A stretch of 64,000 nucleotides of DNA from an uncultured Candidatus Binatia bacterium (GCA_965218425.1 OZ244621.1:3072001-3136000), one strand, 5' to 3'. Counted from the stretch's first letter, positions 19,852 through 30,255 are shown. Program-made: numbers and translations. The notes: generated from the letters alone by a model not told the origin.

Positions 19852-21659
19852 GTCAAGCAAATACAGAAAGAGTTTTTTCCGATCCCTTGGGGGATTGGAA
19901 AAGAAGCTGCTTCTGCGCCGAGCCTCGCGGTTCATCTGAAGGGAAAGAGCTTGTCCTCATGGGCTGGGTCCTGCGCCGGCGTGACCATGGCGGACTGGTT
20001 TTTATGGACCTCCGTGATCGTACCGGTATCGTTCAGGTTGTCTTCAATCCGGCAGTGGATGGCACGGCCCATGAACGGGCGAAGCATATCCGGCACGAGG
20101 ATGTTTTGGCCGTGCGGGGAGTTTTGTCAAAAAGAACCCCTGAAACCATTAACCCCGAAATCGCCACGGGCGAAGTGGAGCTCATGGTCAGGGAGGTCAA
20201 GCTCTTGAGTGCGTCGCGGGTGCCGCCTTTTTCCCTGGAGGATGACACCGACGCCAACGAGAACACGCGGCTAAAATACCGCTACCTCGATATACGCCGT
20301 CCCCAGAGTTTGCAACATCTCGTTTTGCGCCATCGGATGGTGAAAAAAATTCGCGACTACCTGGACGGTCTAGGTTTCATCGAAGTGGAGACTCCCATGT
20401 TAACCAAGAGCACGCCGGAGGGGGCGAGGGACTATCTTGTCCCTAGTCGAGTCTATCCGGGTAAGTTCTACGCGCTGCCCCAATCGCCTCAACTGTTCAA
20501 GCAGGTTCTCATGGTGGGGGGTGTGGATCGCTATTTTCAGATCGTGCGGTGCTTCCGTGACGAGGATCTTCGGGCCGACCGGCAACCGGAATTCACTCAG
20601 CTCGACGTGGAAATGTCTTTTGTTCAGCCGGAGGACGTATTTCAAGCGGTTGAGGGCATGATGGTGCTGCTCTTCAAGGAGCTCAAAGGCGTGGAGATCA
20701 AAGGGCCGTTCCCACGTCTGTCATACGCCGATGCCATGTCTCTGTATGGATCCGACAAGCCGGACCTTCGCTTTGGGCTCGAGCTATCGGAATTTTCCGC
20801 CGTCTTTCAGGGCTCGAAGGTGACGGTATTTTCCAAGGCACTGGAAAAGGGCGGGATTGTCAAAGGACTCTGCGTACCGGGTGGGGCAAGCCTGTCACGC
20901 AAGGAGTTGGATGACCTAACGGCCTATGTGGCGGAGTTTGGTGCCAAGGGCATGGCATGGATCAAGATTTCAGATAAGGGATGGCAGTCTCCCCTCACAA
21001 AGTTTCTTTCCGCAACTGAACGGGACGAGATCCAAAAGATCACCAAGACAAAGGAAGGAGATATCATATTATTCGCTGCCGACCAGGCAAGCATCGTCCA
21101 TGAATCACTGGCCAACCTTCGCCTGCGACTGATCGACAAGATGGGGCTCAAGCCCAAGCAGGAGTACAATCTGACATGGGTCGTGGATTTCCCACTGCTA
21201 GGGTACGACACAGGTGAGAAGCGGTACGTTGCCGTCCACCATCCGTTTACGGCTCCTCGAGATGAGGACCACTCATTACTCGGCACCGATCCTTCAAGGG
21301 TGCGCTCCAAGGCCTATGATTTGGTCCTCAACGGCGTTGAGGTGGGGGGTGGAAGCATCCGTATCCACCAGGTGGAATTGCAGAAGGAGATCCTGGCACT
21401 CCTGGGTATCGCTGCTGATGAGGCGCAGTCGCAGTTCGGGTTTTTTCTGGAAGCGTTGAGTTTCGGCGCGCCGCCTCATGGTGGCATCGCCTTCGGCATT
21501 GACCGGCTTGCCATGCTTATGAGCGGCGCCCAATCCCTCCGGGAGGTCATCGCATTTCCCAAGAGCCAAAAGGCCGTTTGCTTGCTCACCGATGCTCCGA
21601 GTCGTGTGGACCCCAAGCAACTGAGGGAACTTGGGATCAAGACCGTGACCGGTGATTGA
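19848..21659 (+). CDS. aspS: Aspartate--tRNA ligase (possibly non-discriminating)
   Basis: RRRDHGG, TPEGARDY, LPQSPQLFKQ, RQPEFTQ, PPHGGIAFGIDR. His in RDHG is associated with non-discriminating enzymes. Confidence 0.98.
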   Translation: MSQANTERVFSDPLGDWKRSCFCAEPRGSSEGKELVLMGWVLRRRDHGGLVFMDLRDRTGIVQVVFNPAVDGTAHERAKHIRHEDVLAVRGVLSKRTPETINPEIATGEVELMVREVKLLSASRVPPFSLEDDTDANENTRLKYRYLDIRRPQSLQHLVLRHRMVKKIRDYLDGLGFIEVETPMLTKSTPEGARDYLVPSRVYPGKFYALPQSPQLFKQVLMVGGVDRYFQIVRCFRDEDLRADRQPEFTQLDVEMSFVQPEDVFQAVEGMMVLLFKELKGVEIKGPFPRLSYADAMSLYGSDKPDLRFGLELSEFSAVFQGSKVTVFSKALEKGGIVKGLCVPGGASLSRKELDDLTAYVAEFGAKGMAWIKISDKGWQSPLTKFLSATERDEIQKITKTKEGDIILFAADQASIVHESLANLRLRLIDKMGLKPKQEYNLTWVVDFPLLGYDTGEKRYVAVHHPFTAPRDEDHSLLGTDPSRVRSKAYDLVLNGVEVGGGSIRIHQVELQKEILALLGIAADEAQSQFGFFLEALSFGAPPHGGIAFGIDRLAMLMSGAQSLREVIAFPKSQKAVCLLTDAPSRVDPKQLRELGIKTVTGD

Positions 21660-21695
21660 TCGGTCTAAGTTTTCCTGCCGTGCCGGCATCTGAAT

Positions 21696-22229
21696 TTACC
21701 GATTGATCCAGTAGCGGGCGAATTCGGGAAGGTAGGTAAGGCTGGTTAGATCTTTCATCCGATCGAGGAAGACCTTCCCCTGCAAGTGGTCCCATTCGTG
21801 CTGGACAACGCGGGCGTGAAATCCACATGCGACGAAGTCCAGTGCTTTCCCCTCGCGGTTGAAACCCACCACCTTGATCTCTTTGTAACGCGGGACCTTC
21901 CCGCGCATCTCGATGATGCTGAGGCATCCCTCCCAGTCCTCTTCCATTTCCTCGGATAGCGGTTCAATCTTTGGGTTTATCAGCACCGATAGGGGGACTT
22001 CAGGTTTTTGCGGGTAACGGGGATTATCGGCCACCTCTAGGACGGCAATTTGACTGGGTATATGAACCTGCACGGCGGCAAGGCCTACCCCATCGTATTC
22101 TTTCATGGTTTCCACCATGTTATCGATTAGTCGCTGAGTCTCGGGGGTGGTGATCTCTTTCCGTGCCAGATCCTTGGCAACACCACGCAGCACGGGATGT
22201 CCCAGCCTTGCCACCTTGAGGATGGACAT
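21696..22229 (-). CDS. def: Peptide deformylase
   Basis: GVGLAAVQ, EGCLS, QHEWDHL. Confidence 0.96.
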   Translation of the reverse strand: MSILKVARLGHPVLRGVAKDLARKEITTPETQRLIDNMVETMKEYDGVGLAAVQVHIPSQIAVLEVADNPRYPQKPEVPLSVLINPKIEPLSEEMEEDWEGCLSIIEMRGKVPRYKEIKVVGFNREGKALDFVACGFHARVVQHEWDHLQGKVFLDRMKDLTSLTYLPEFARYWINR

Positions 22230-22384
22230 GCCTGATTTAATAGCATAGGTGGAAGGGGTGGGGGAAGGGAATTAGCCGGAAGTGTGTTTTAAATGGGGCG
22301 AGAGCACTCTCCAACGGTGCCTATTTCACGCCGTGAACGACAGTATCCCCAATTTTCCTCAATTGACTCAAAGCGTTGCAGCTA

Positions 22385-22414
22385 TTGACATTGTGGATTT
22401 TCTAGGTCTATATT
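22385..22414 (+). promoter_or_regulatory. Candidate sigma70 promoter of rrf2/suf with overlapping operator
   Basis: TTGACA-18-TATATT; pseudo-palindrome GTGGAT-N7-GTCTAT (22393-22411) covers most of the spacer and the start of the -10. Confidence 0.6.
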
Positions 22415-22449
22415 ACACAAGTAGCGACTTTTGCAAGGAGGTGTCACCT

Positions 22450-22944
22450 GTGCAGGATGACGGCTCATTCAAGTCCATGAAAAACGACAGAAGTTCCCTG
22501 ATGAATGTGGGGCGTCGGGTAGATTACGCGGTTCGTGCGCTTTCCTATCTGGCAGCTCAGCCCCTAAACAGGGTCATCGGTAGCCGGGAGATCACACAGA
22601 AGCAGGATATTCCGTCCCACTACCTATCCAAGATCATGAAAGACTTAGTTGCCATGGGGTTGGTCAAGTCTCATGTGGGGTGCAGGGGAGGATTTAGCCT
22701 CGCCAAACCGGCGGATGCCATTAGCCTGAAGGAAGTATATGAGGCGGTGGAAAAACCCCTGGTCCTTATGGAATGCCTGGATAAAGGGGAGCCATCCTGT
22801 CCTTACGATGCTGTCTGTACCCAGATCTCAGTGTGGGATAGGGCGCAGAGCCTCCTTACGAACTACCTTGCTGGAATTTCCCTGGGAAGCATTGCGGATG
22901 AAAGCGGACTCAAGAGACGGATAGCAAGCCCCGTCCCTTTTTGA
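22450..22944 (+). CDS. Rrf2-family (IscR/SufR-like) Fe-S regulator
   Basis: DYAVRAL, YLSKIM, GGFSLAKPA; three Cys in ECLDKGEPSCPYDAVC; AGGAGGT RBS before GTG22450. Confidence 0.92.
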   Translation: MQDDGSFKSMKNDRSSLMNVGRRVDYAVRALSYLAAQPLNRVIGSREITQKQDIPSHYLSKIMKDLVAMGLVKSHVGCRGGFSLAKPADAISLKEVYEAVEKPLVLMECLDKGEPSCPYDAVCTQISVWDRAQSLLTNYLAGISLGSIADESGLKRRIASPVPF

Positions 22945-22960
22945 TTTTTTTAGCCATAAG

Positions 22961-22979
22961 GTAGATTCAGTAGGTCCAT
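22961..22979. promoter_or_regulatory. Second copy of the candidate Rrf2 operator
   Basis: GTAGATTCAGTAGGTCCAT, 14/19 identical to 22393-22411; both fit RTRGAY-N7-RTCYAY. Confidence 0.55.
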
Positions 22980-23076
22980 TTTTGTCTAGGGGCGAAACTT
23001 TAATGGGGAATCACTGCTTATCGGGCTATTTATTAGAGTTCAATCATAAAAACACCAGGCCGCGCGGAGGAGATCA

Positions 23077-23568
23077 ATGCCATTAACCAACACTCTACCT
23101 GAAACGGTCTTTACGACAAAAGTCGATGACCTGCTCAATTGGGGCAGGGCCTCTTCACAGTGGTACATGCTGTTTGGCCTGGCGTGCTGCGCCATTGAGT
23201 TGATGCAGACGGGTGGGCCGCGAGCCGATGTGGACCGCTTTGGCTGCGTTCCAAGGGCAACGCCGCGCCAGTCGGATCTAATGATCGTGGCCGGTACGCT
23301 TACCTATAAAATGGCCAAGCGCACGAAGCTCCTTTACGACCAAATGCCCGATCCAAAGTACGTTATCTCCATGGGGAGCTGCTCGAATTGTGGCGGTCTC
23401 TTTCAGATGGCCTATTCTGTGTGTAAAGGCGTAGATAAAATCATTCCCGTGGATGTTTATGTTCCCGGGTGCCCTCCTCGGCCCGAGGCCCTAACGGAAG
23501 GGTTGTTGAGGATCCAGGACAAGATCATGAAGGAGCGATGGCTGGTAAAGAGTGCTGCAGCAATCTAG
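23077..23568 (+). CDS. nuoB: Stand-alone NADH-quinone oxidoreductase subunit B-like Fe-S protein
   Basis: [56 protein letters not shown]; no other nuo genes in the window. Confidence 0.92.
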   Translation: MPLTNTLPETVFTTKVDDLLNWGRASSQWYMLFGLACCAIELMQTGGPRADVDRFGCVPRATPRQSDLMIVAGTLTYKMAKRTKLLYDQMPDPKYVISMGSCSNCGGLFQMAYSVCKGVDKIIPVDVYVPGCPPRPEALTEGLLRIQDKIMKERWLVKSAAAI

Positions 23569-23606
23569 GGCCGGCTAACTGAGGTGGCGGCGAAGCAGGC
23601 GAAATT

Positions 23607-25052
23607 ATGATCGATGAAGCCGTTGTAAAGCAGGACTATAAGTACGGATTCGTCACCGATGTGGCCGCGGACACTGTCCCACGTGGCCTGAACGAGGACA
23701 TAGTTCAGACCATCTCCGCCAAGAAGAACGAGCCCCAATGGTTATTGGACTGGCGACTCAAGGCCTACCGGCATTGGGTCAAAATGGAAAAGAAAGAAGG
23801 GGCACCGAAGTGGGCCAACGTTCACCATCCACCGATTAACTATCAGGACATTATTTACTATTCGGCGCCGAAGGCCGTGGCAGATCGACCGAAGAGCCTT
23901 GAAGAGGTTGACCCGGAGCTGCTCAAGACCTATGAAAAGCTGGGAATCCCTCTCATGGAGCAGGAAAAATTGGCAGGGGTGGCCGTGGATGCAGTCTTCG
24001 ACAGCGTCTCCGTTGCCACAACGTTTAAAGAAAAGCTGGGCGAGATGGGGGTTCTGTTCTGCTCATTTTCAGAGGCGGTTCAGCAGTATCCGGACCTCGT
24101 TAAAAAGTATCTCGGATCAGTGGTGCCCTACACGGACAATTTCTATGCCAGTTTGAACTCTGCGGTCTTCAGTGACGGATCGTTTTGCTATGTGCCCAAA
24201 GGCGTGAGATGTCCCATGGAGCTTTCCACCTACTTTCGAATCAACGCCGCGGAAACGGGTCAGTTCGAGCGGACTCTCATTGTGGCGGAAGAGGGTAGCT
24301 ACGTAAGCTACCTTGAAGGATGTACGGCCCCCATGCGGGATATCAATCAATTGCATGCTGCGGTGGTGGAGTTGGTTGCACTCGATAACGCGCAGATCAA
24401 ATACTCCACGGTTCAAAATTGGTATCCTGGGGACAAGGATGGCAAGGGCGGCATCTACAATTTCGTCACCAAGCGTGGCAAATGCCTTGGCAAAAACTCA
24501 AAGATATCGTGGACCCAGGTGGAAACCGGATCCGCCATCACCTGGAAGTATCCCAGTTGCATTTTGCAGGGGGACAACTCGGTGGGTGAGTTTTATTCGG
24601 TGGCCCTTACCAACAATTTTCAGCAGGCAGATACCGGAACTAAAATGATTCACATGGGGAAGAACACACGGAGCACCATCATCTCCAAGGGCATCTCTGC
24701 CGGCCATGGCCAAAACAGCTACCGTGGTCTGGTGAAAGTCCTCAAGGGGGCCACCGGTGCTCGAAACTATTCCCAGTGCGATTCGTTGCTGCTGGGGGAC
24801 CAATGTGGTGCCCATACCTTCCCGTACCTCGAGGTGATGAACAGCTCGGCCCAGGTGGAGCATGAGGCTTCGACTTCGAAGATCGGTGAGGATCAGCTCT
24901 TCTATTGCAAGCAACGGGGGATCTCAGCCGAGGACGCGGTTACCATGATCGTAAGTGGCTTCTGTAAGCAGGTCTTTCGTGAGCTGCCCATGGAGTTTGC
25001 AGTGGAAGCCCAAAAGCTGCTGGGAGTCAGTCTCGAAGGCAGCGTTGGATGA
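23607..25052 (+). CDS. sufB: Fe-S cluster assembly protein SufB
   Basis: [43 protein letters not shown]. Confidence 0.98.
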   Translation: MIDEAVVKQDYKYGFVTDVAADTVPRGLNEDIVQTISAKKNEPQWLLDWRLKAYRHWVKMEKKEGAPKWANVHHPPINYQDIIYYSAPKAVADRPKSLEEVDPELLKTYEKLGIPLMEQEKLAGVAVDAVFDSVSVATTFKEKLGEMGVLFCSFSEAVQQYPDLVKKYLGSVVPYTDNFYASLNSAVFSDGSFCYVPKGVRCPMELSTYFRINAAETGQFERTLIVAEEGSYVSYLEGCTAPMRDINQLHAAVVELVALDNAQIKYSTVQNWYPGDKDGKGGIYNFVTKRGKCLGKNSKISWTQVETGSAITWKYPSCILQGDNSVGEFYSVALTNNFQQADTGTKMIHMGKNTRSTIISKGISAGHGQNSYRGLVKVLKGATGARNYSQCDSLLLGDQCGAHTFPYLEVMNSSAQVEHEASTSKIGEDQLFYCKQRGISAEDAVTMIVSGFCKQVFRELPMEFAVEAQKLLGVSLEGSVG

Positions 25053-25079
25053 GCCGGGAGAGGCGCAAAGGGGAATATC

Positions 25080-25847
25080 GTGCTGACGATTAAAGATTTA
25101 AAGGCCAATGCAGAGGGCAATGAAATCCTGAAGGGAATTAATCTCACAGTCAACGCCGGTGAAGTTCATGCCGTCATGGGTCCCAATGGTTCGGGTAAAA
25201 GTACTCTGGCCCACGTTCTTGCGGGACGGGAAGGTTATGAAGTGACCGGGGGCGAGGTGAGGTACGAAGGAAGGGACCTGCTGGCCATGTCACCTGAGGA
25301 ACGGGCTCGCCAGGGAGTCTTCCTGGCGTTTCAATATCCAGTGGAAATTCCTGGAGTGAGCACCACCTACTTTATGAAGGCTGCCCTCAACGCGGTGAGA
25401 AAAGGACGTGGCCTTGAAGAGCTGGATGCGATGGATTTCTTGGCCCTGGCTAAGGAGAAGATGAAACTGGTGGAGATGGACCGGGATCTTCTGAATCGGC
25501 CAATCAACGAGGGGTTTTCCGGCGGTGAGAAAAAACGCAACGAGATTTTTCAGATGGCGGTGTTGGAGCCGAAGCTGGCCATCTTGGACGAGACGGATTC
25601 CGGACTGGACATCGATGCCCTAAGAATCGTAGCGGGGGGTGTCAACTCCCTGCGTAACAAGGACACCGCTATGATTGTGGTGACTCATTACCAGCGATTG
25701 TTGGACTACATTGTGCCGGACTATGTCCACGTTCTCTTCGATGGCCGCATCGTCAAATCCGGAGACCGGAGTCTTGCCCTGGAGTTGGAAGAAAGAGGAT
25801 ATGGCTGGGTTGAGGGGCAGGTCCAGGGCGCTCAGGCCTCAACCTAA
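25080..25847 (+). CDS. sufC: Fe-S cluster assembly ATPase SufC
   Basis: GPNGSGKST, FQYPVEIPG, FSGGEKKRNE, LDETDSGLD. Confidence 0.98.
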   Translation: MLTIKDLKANAEGNEILKGINLTVNAGEVHAVMGPNGSGKSTLAHVLAGREGYEVTGGEVRYEGRDLLAMSPEERARQGVFLAFQYPVEIPGVSTTYFMKAALNAVRKGRGLEELDAMDFLALAKEKMKLVEMDRDLLNRPINEGFSGGEKKRNEIFQMAVLEPKLAILDETDSGLDIDALRIVAGGVNSLRNKDTAMIVVTHYQRLLDYIVPDYVHVLFDGRIVKSGDRSLALELEERGYGWVEGQVQGAQAST

Positions 25848-25865
25848 AAAAGGACAATTCCCGCT

Positions 25866-27206
25866 GTGATGAATACCACCGAAGCAAGGGACTTCTATCG
25901 AGACCACTTCGTTCAATTCGAAAAGGACCTCCATAGCAACCAGGCATGGACTCACTTGGTTCGCCGGGAGGCCATCTCTCGGTTCTCCGAGCTTGGGTTT
26001 CCAAGCGCCGGTCATGAGGAATGGAAGTATACCAACGTTGCACCCATCGCGAAGATCCCTTTTGAGCCGGCTCGGGATGGGCTCAACGGCGTCACATCCG
26101 AGACCCTCGCCCGACTGGGTGTTGGGAATCTGGTGGATCATAGGATTGTTTTCATTAACGGCCGCTACTCTCGCAATCTCTCGTCTTTCGAAATCCCCGA
26201 AAATGTTCGGGTCGGTAGCCTGTCTGCGGTTCTGGGTGATCATCCCGCAAGTGTGGAGCCTTACCTGGCGCGCTACGCCAGCTACCAGGACCAAGCCTTT
26301 GTGGCCTTGAACACGGCGTGGATGAATGATGGTTGCTTTGTTCATGTCCCGAAGGGCAGTATCCTTGGGGAGCCCATCCATCTGATTTTCTTTTCAACCA
26401 CCCAAGGCGAAGCCACGGTTTCTTACCCTCGCAACCTCATTGTAATCGGTGACGAGGGCCAGGCGAGCATCGTGGAAACCTATCTGGGCGTGAAAGACGA
26501 AGTCTACTTCACCAACGCCGTGACCGAGATCGTGCTGGGTAAAGATGCCGTGGTGGATCATTACAAACTTCAATGTGAAAGCCGCAGCGCCTTCCACGTG
26601 GCCACCTTGCAGGTTCATCAGCACCGGAACAGCAACTTTTCCTCACATTCCGTTTCCCTGGGGGGGGCCCTTGCACGTAATGACTTTAATTCAGTGTTGG
26701 ACGGAGAGGGCAGCGAGTGTTCCCTCAACGGCCTCTACACGGTGGACGGGAAGCGGCATGTGGACAACCACACACGGGTGGACCATGTGAAACCCCATTG
26801 CAACAGCCGCGAGCTCTATAAAGGTATCTTGGGTGGGAGAGGGAAGGGAGTCTTCAATGGCAAGATCTACGTCCATGGGGCTGCTCCAGGGACTGATGCC
26901 AAACAGACCAATAAAAACCTCCTGCTGTCCGAGGAGGCTACCATTAACACCAAACCCCAATTGGAAATTTATAACGACAACGTAAAGTGCACGCACGGTT
27001 CCACGGTGGGCCAGCTGGATCCAGATGCCGTCTTTTACCTCCGCTCTCGAGGGATGGGTCTCCAGGATGCCCGTAGGCTCATGACTTTTGCGTTCGCGAG
27101 CGAAATTATCGGAACGGTTAAGCCGGCGAAGCTCCGTTCCTGGCTCGAAGAGACGTTTCACTCAAGGTCTTACCAGTCGGGTGATTCGGAATCCTTGGAG
27201 AAGTAA
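25866..27206 (+). CDS. sufD: Fe-S cluster assembly protein SufD
   Basis: EEWKYT, KPQLEIYNDNVKCTHGSTVG, FYLRSRG. Confidence 0.96.
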   Translation: MMNTTEARDFYRDHFVQFEKDLHSNQAWTHLVRREAISRFSELGFPSAGHEEWKYTNVAPIAKIPFEPARDGLNGVTSETLARLGVGNLVDHRIVFINGRYSRNLSSFEIPENVRVGSLSAVLGDHPASVEPYLARYASYQDQAFVALNTAWMNDGCFVHVPKGSILGEPIHLIFFSTTQGEATVSYPRNLIVIGDEGQASIVETYLGVKDEVYFTNAVTEIVLGKDAVVDHYKLQCESRSAFHVATLQVHQHRNSNFSSHSVSLGGALARNDFNSVLDGEGSECSLNGLYTVDGKRHVDNHTRVDHVKPHCNSRELYKGILGGRGKGVFNGKIYVHGAAPGTDAKQTNKNLLLSEEATINTKPQLEIYNDNVKCTHGSTVGQLDPDAVFYLRSRGMGLQDARRLMTFAFASEIIGTVKPAKLRSWLEETFHSRSYQSGDSESLEK

Positions 27207-27211
27207 ATCAG

Positions 27212-28483
27212 ATGACCGTAAGCAGACAGAGCGTCGCGGCCAGTGATTGGAAAAACCCGGAGAGACCCTTTGACGTAGGGGAAATCCGGAAGGACTTTCC
27301 GATCCTGCAGCGAAAAGTCCATGGTAAATCGCTGGTCTACCTTGACAATGCCGCTACAAGTCAGAAGCCGCAGGCGGTTATTGATGCCATTGACAGATAC
27401 TACAGCAACGAAAATTCGAATATTCATCGTGGCGTCCATCAATTAAGCGAGGAGGCCACAAAGAACTATGAAGACGCCCGGAAAAAAATCCGGCGTTTCA
27501 TCAATGCTCCAAAGGATCGGGAAATTGTCTTTGTGCGCAGCACCACGGAGGCCATAAACCTTGTGGCTCAGAGTTACGGCAGGAAGTTTATCCGTACGGG
27601 TGAGGAAATTGTCATTTCGGCCATGGAGCATCACTCGAATATCGTGCCGTGGCAGATGCTGTGCGAGGCGACCGGCGCTAAGCTCCGTGTGATCCCCATT
27701 AGCCAGGAAGGGGAAATACTGTTTGATGAGTATCGGGGCCTGTTAAATGATCGGACCAGATTGGTCTCCGTGGCCCATGTTTCGAACGCGCTTGGCACCA
27801 TCAATCCGGTCAAGGAGATGGTTGAGGAGGCCCATCACCGAAAAATACCCGTGTTCGTCGATGGAGCCCAGGCGGCGCCTCACATGAAAATCGATGTTCA
27901 GGACCTGGGTTGTGATTTCTACGCGTTCTCAGGGCACAAGTTATTTGGTCCCACGGGAATCGGTGTGCTTTACGGCAAGGCGAGCCTGCTGGAGGCCATG
28001 CCGCCCTATCAAGGGGGCGGTGACATGATCAGTCTGGTGACCTTCGAGAAAACCCATTACAATGTTTTGCCATATAGATTCGAAGCGGGCACCCCGAACA
28101 TTGCCGGGGGAATCGGATTGGGCGCGGCCATTGACTATCTCGACGGGATTGGGTTCGCGGCAGTGGAAGCCCATGAAAGCCAGATCCTGTCCTATGCCAC
28201 GGAAGCCCTTTCGTCCATTCCAGGGCTGCGGTTCATCGGAACGCCGAAACGGAGGGCAGGCGTGATCTCCTTCCTGTTGGAAGGTATTCACGCCCATGAT
28301 ATCGGTACAATCTTGGATCAGGAGGGAGTTGCTATCCGAACGGGACATCACTGCGCCATGCCTGTCATGCAGCGCTTTGGCGTGCCCGCAACGGCAAGGG
28401 CATCCTTCGCCTTTTACAATACAAAAGACGAAGTAGGCGCTTTGGTCCGGGCCATGGGTAAAGTCCAAGAGGTATTTGGTTGA
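27212..28483 (+). CDS. sufS: Cysteine desulfurase SufS
   Basis: YLDNAATSQKP, EHHSN, SGHK, RTGHHCA (group II). Confidence 0.97.
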   Translation: MTVSRQSVAASDWKNPERPFDVGEIRKDFPILQRKVHGKSLVYLDNAATSQKPQAVIDAIDRYYSNENSNIHRGVHQLSEEATKNYEDARKKIRRFINAPKDREIVFVRSTTEAINLVAQSYGRKFIRTGEEIVISAMEHHSNIVPWQMLCEATGAKLRVIPISQEGEILFDEYRGLLNDRTRLVSVAHVSNALGTINPVKEMVEEAHHRKIPVFVDGAQAAPHMKIDVQDLGCDFYAFSGHKLFGPTGIGVLYGKASLLEAMPPYQGGGDMISLVTFEKTHYNVLPYRFEAGTPNIAGGIGLGAAIDYLDGIGFAAVEAHESQILSYATEALSSIPGLRFIGTPKRRAGVISFLLEGIHAHDIGTILDQEGVAIRTGHHCAMPVMQRFGVPATARASFAFYNTKDEVGALVRAMGKVQEVFG

Positions 28484-28935
28484 TGTCAGACTTGAGCGAA
28501 CTCTATCAGGAGGTCATACTCGATCATAATAAAAGCCCACGGAACTTTCGCGTCCTGAAGGATGCGAATCGAACAGCCGAGGGCTACAACCCCCTGTGTG
28601 GTGACCAAATTACCGTCTATCTCAAGTTGGAAGACGGTGTCATTAAGGAAATCAGTTTCCAGGGCGCTGGCTGTGCCATTTCCAAGGCTTCGGCTTCCAT
28701 GATGACCGCAAGCTTAAAGGGGAAAACGGAGGCAGAGGCGAAGGCTCTTTTCGACCGGGTTCATAGGATGCTTTTGGGGGAACTGGACGCGAAGAGCGAC
28801 GAACACAACCTTGGGAAATTGTCGCTCCTTTCTGGCGTGTGCCATTTTCCCGCTCGCGTGAAGTGCGCAAGCCTTTCTTGGCATACGCTTCAGGCGGCAT
28901 TGAAAGGGGAGGAAGAGTTAGCCACCACCGAGTGA
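28483..28935 (+). CDS. sufU: SUF system NifU-family protein SufU
   Basis: LYQEVILDH, NPLCGD, GCAIS, RVKCA. Confidence 0.95.
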   Translation: MSDLSELYQEVILDHNKSPRNFRVLKDANRTAEGYNPLCGDQITVYLKLEDGVIKEISFQGAGCAISKASASMMTASLKGKTEAEAKALFDRVHRMLLGELDAKSDEHNLGKLSLLSGVCHFPARVKCASLSWHTLQAALKGEEELATTE

Positions 28936-28985
28936 ATCGGGTGAAAATCATTCAATTCCAAATGAAATCCAGGGGAGACGAACAT

Positions 28986-29543
28986 ATGGAAAGCGGTGAT
29001 GCGATAACACTGAACCGCGAGTGCGAAGCCGTCATGATTCCCAGTGGCGAAAAGCTGTCGCTATCAGCAGGCAGCCGGGTATGGATTACTCAGTCTCTGG
29101 GTGGCGGTTTTACCGTGACCACGGATCGCGGACATATGGTGCGTATTGCTGCCAGGGACGCCGGTGTTCTGGGCATGGAAGTCCCGACCCGCGCAGGGGG
29201 TCGGTCTTCAGTGGCGACGGAGGGCCCCGTGGAAATTGAAAATAAAGTATGGGGTCAGCTTCGAATGTGCTTTGACCCGGAAATCCCGGTAAATATCGTC
29301 GATCTGGGGCTGGTTTATCATTGTGAGGTAACCCCCATAGCCAAGGGAGAGAGCAGGGTGGAGGTGAAATTTACCTTAACGGCTCAAGGGTGTGGTATGG
29401 GCGAGGTCTTGAAGGAAGATATAAGAAATAAAATCACGAGTGTGCCGGGGATCAGTGAAGTTGATGTGGAGCTGGTCTGGGACCCACCTTGGGACCAGAG
29501 CATGATATCCGGCGCGGCAAAGCAAAGGCTCGGAATGCTTTAG
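28986..29543 (+). CDS. sufT: Putative Fe-S assembly protein SufT (N-extended DUF59)
   Basis: ITQSLGG, FDPEIPVNIVDLGL, TLTAQGCGMG, VWDPPW. Confidence 0.88.
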   Translation: MESGDAITLNRECEAVMIPSGEKLSLSAGSRVWITQSLGGGFTVTTDRGHMVRIAARDAGVLGMEVPTRAGGRSSVATEGPVEIENKVWGQLRMCFDPEIPVNIVDLGLVYHCEVTPIAKGESRVEVKFTLTAQGCGMGEVLKEDIRNKITSVPGISEVDVELVWDPPWDQSMISGAAKQRLGML

Positions 29544-29572
29544 TCGCATTTTTCATATAAGGAATCCATTAG

Positions 29573-29893
29573 ATGGAGAGCATCAATTCAACCGTTATCG
29601 AGGCCCAGGTGGTGGAGGCTCTGCAGACCTGTTTTGATCCCGAAATTCCAGTTGACATCTATGAGCTTGGATTGATTTATGGAATCGAAGTGGACCCTTC
29701 GGGCAGTGTCACCATTACCATGACCCTCACTTCACCCGCCTGTCCCGCAGCCCAGTCCATTCCTGAGGAGGTTGAGAGCAAGGTGCAGGCCATCCCAGGG
29801 GTTACCGATGTCCACGTGGTGATCGTTTGGGAGCCCACCTGGGATCCAAGCAAAATGTCCGAAGCTGCTAAGCTACAGCTCGGTATGCTATAA
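29573..29893 (+). CDS. DUF59 / SUF system Fe-S assembly protein
   Basis: FDPEIPVDIYELGLIY, MTLTSPACP, VWEPTW. Confidence 0.9.
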   Translation: MESINSTVIEAQVVEALQTCFDPEIPVDIYELGLIYGIEVDPSGSVTITMTLTSPACPAAQSIPEEVESKVQAIPGVTDVHVVIVWEPTWDPSKMSEAAKLQLGML

Positions 29894-29946
29894 GATCAGT
29901 GTTTCAGTTCAGCATGACTCGTTAATAAAGGAGGAGTAAGAAGTTT

Positions 29947-30255
29947 ATGGCTGGATTTGTGAAGGTTGCGAAGGCAGATGACGTCTCTCCTGGTAAGGGT
30001 AAGATGGTGGATGTTAACGGAAAAAAGATTGCTCTCTTTAACGTTGAAGGGGCCTTTTACGCCATCGACGATACGTGTACCCATCGAGGAGGCCCCCTTT
30101 CCCAGGGGTTGATGGAAGAAAAACAGGTGCGGTGCCCGTGGCACGGCGCACTTTTTGATGTGACCAACGGTGAAGCCGTAGGCGCTCCTGCACCGTCGGG
30201 AGTGGCGCGGTACAATGTTCGAGTGGAAGGTTCCGATATCGAAGTCGAGGTCTGA
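29947..30255 (+). CDS. Rieske [2Fe-2S] ferredoxin
   Basis: CTH..CPWHG Rieske motifs; AGGAGG RBS. Confidence 0.95.
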   Translation: MAGFVKVAKADDVSPGKGKMVDVNGKKIALFNVEGAFYAIDDTCTHRGGPLSQGLMEEKQVRCPWHGALFDVTNGEAVGAPAPSGVARYNVRVEGSDIEVEV

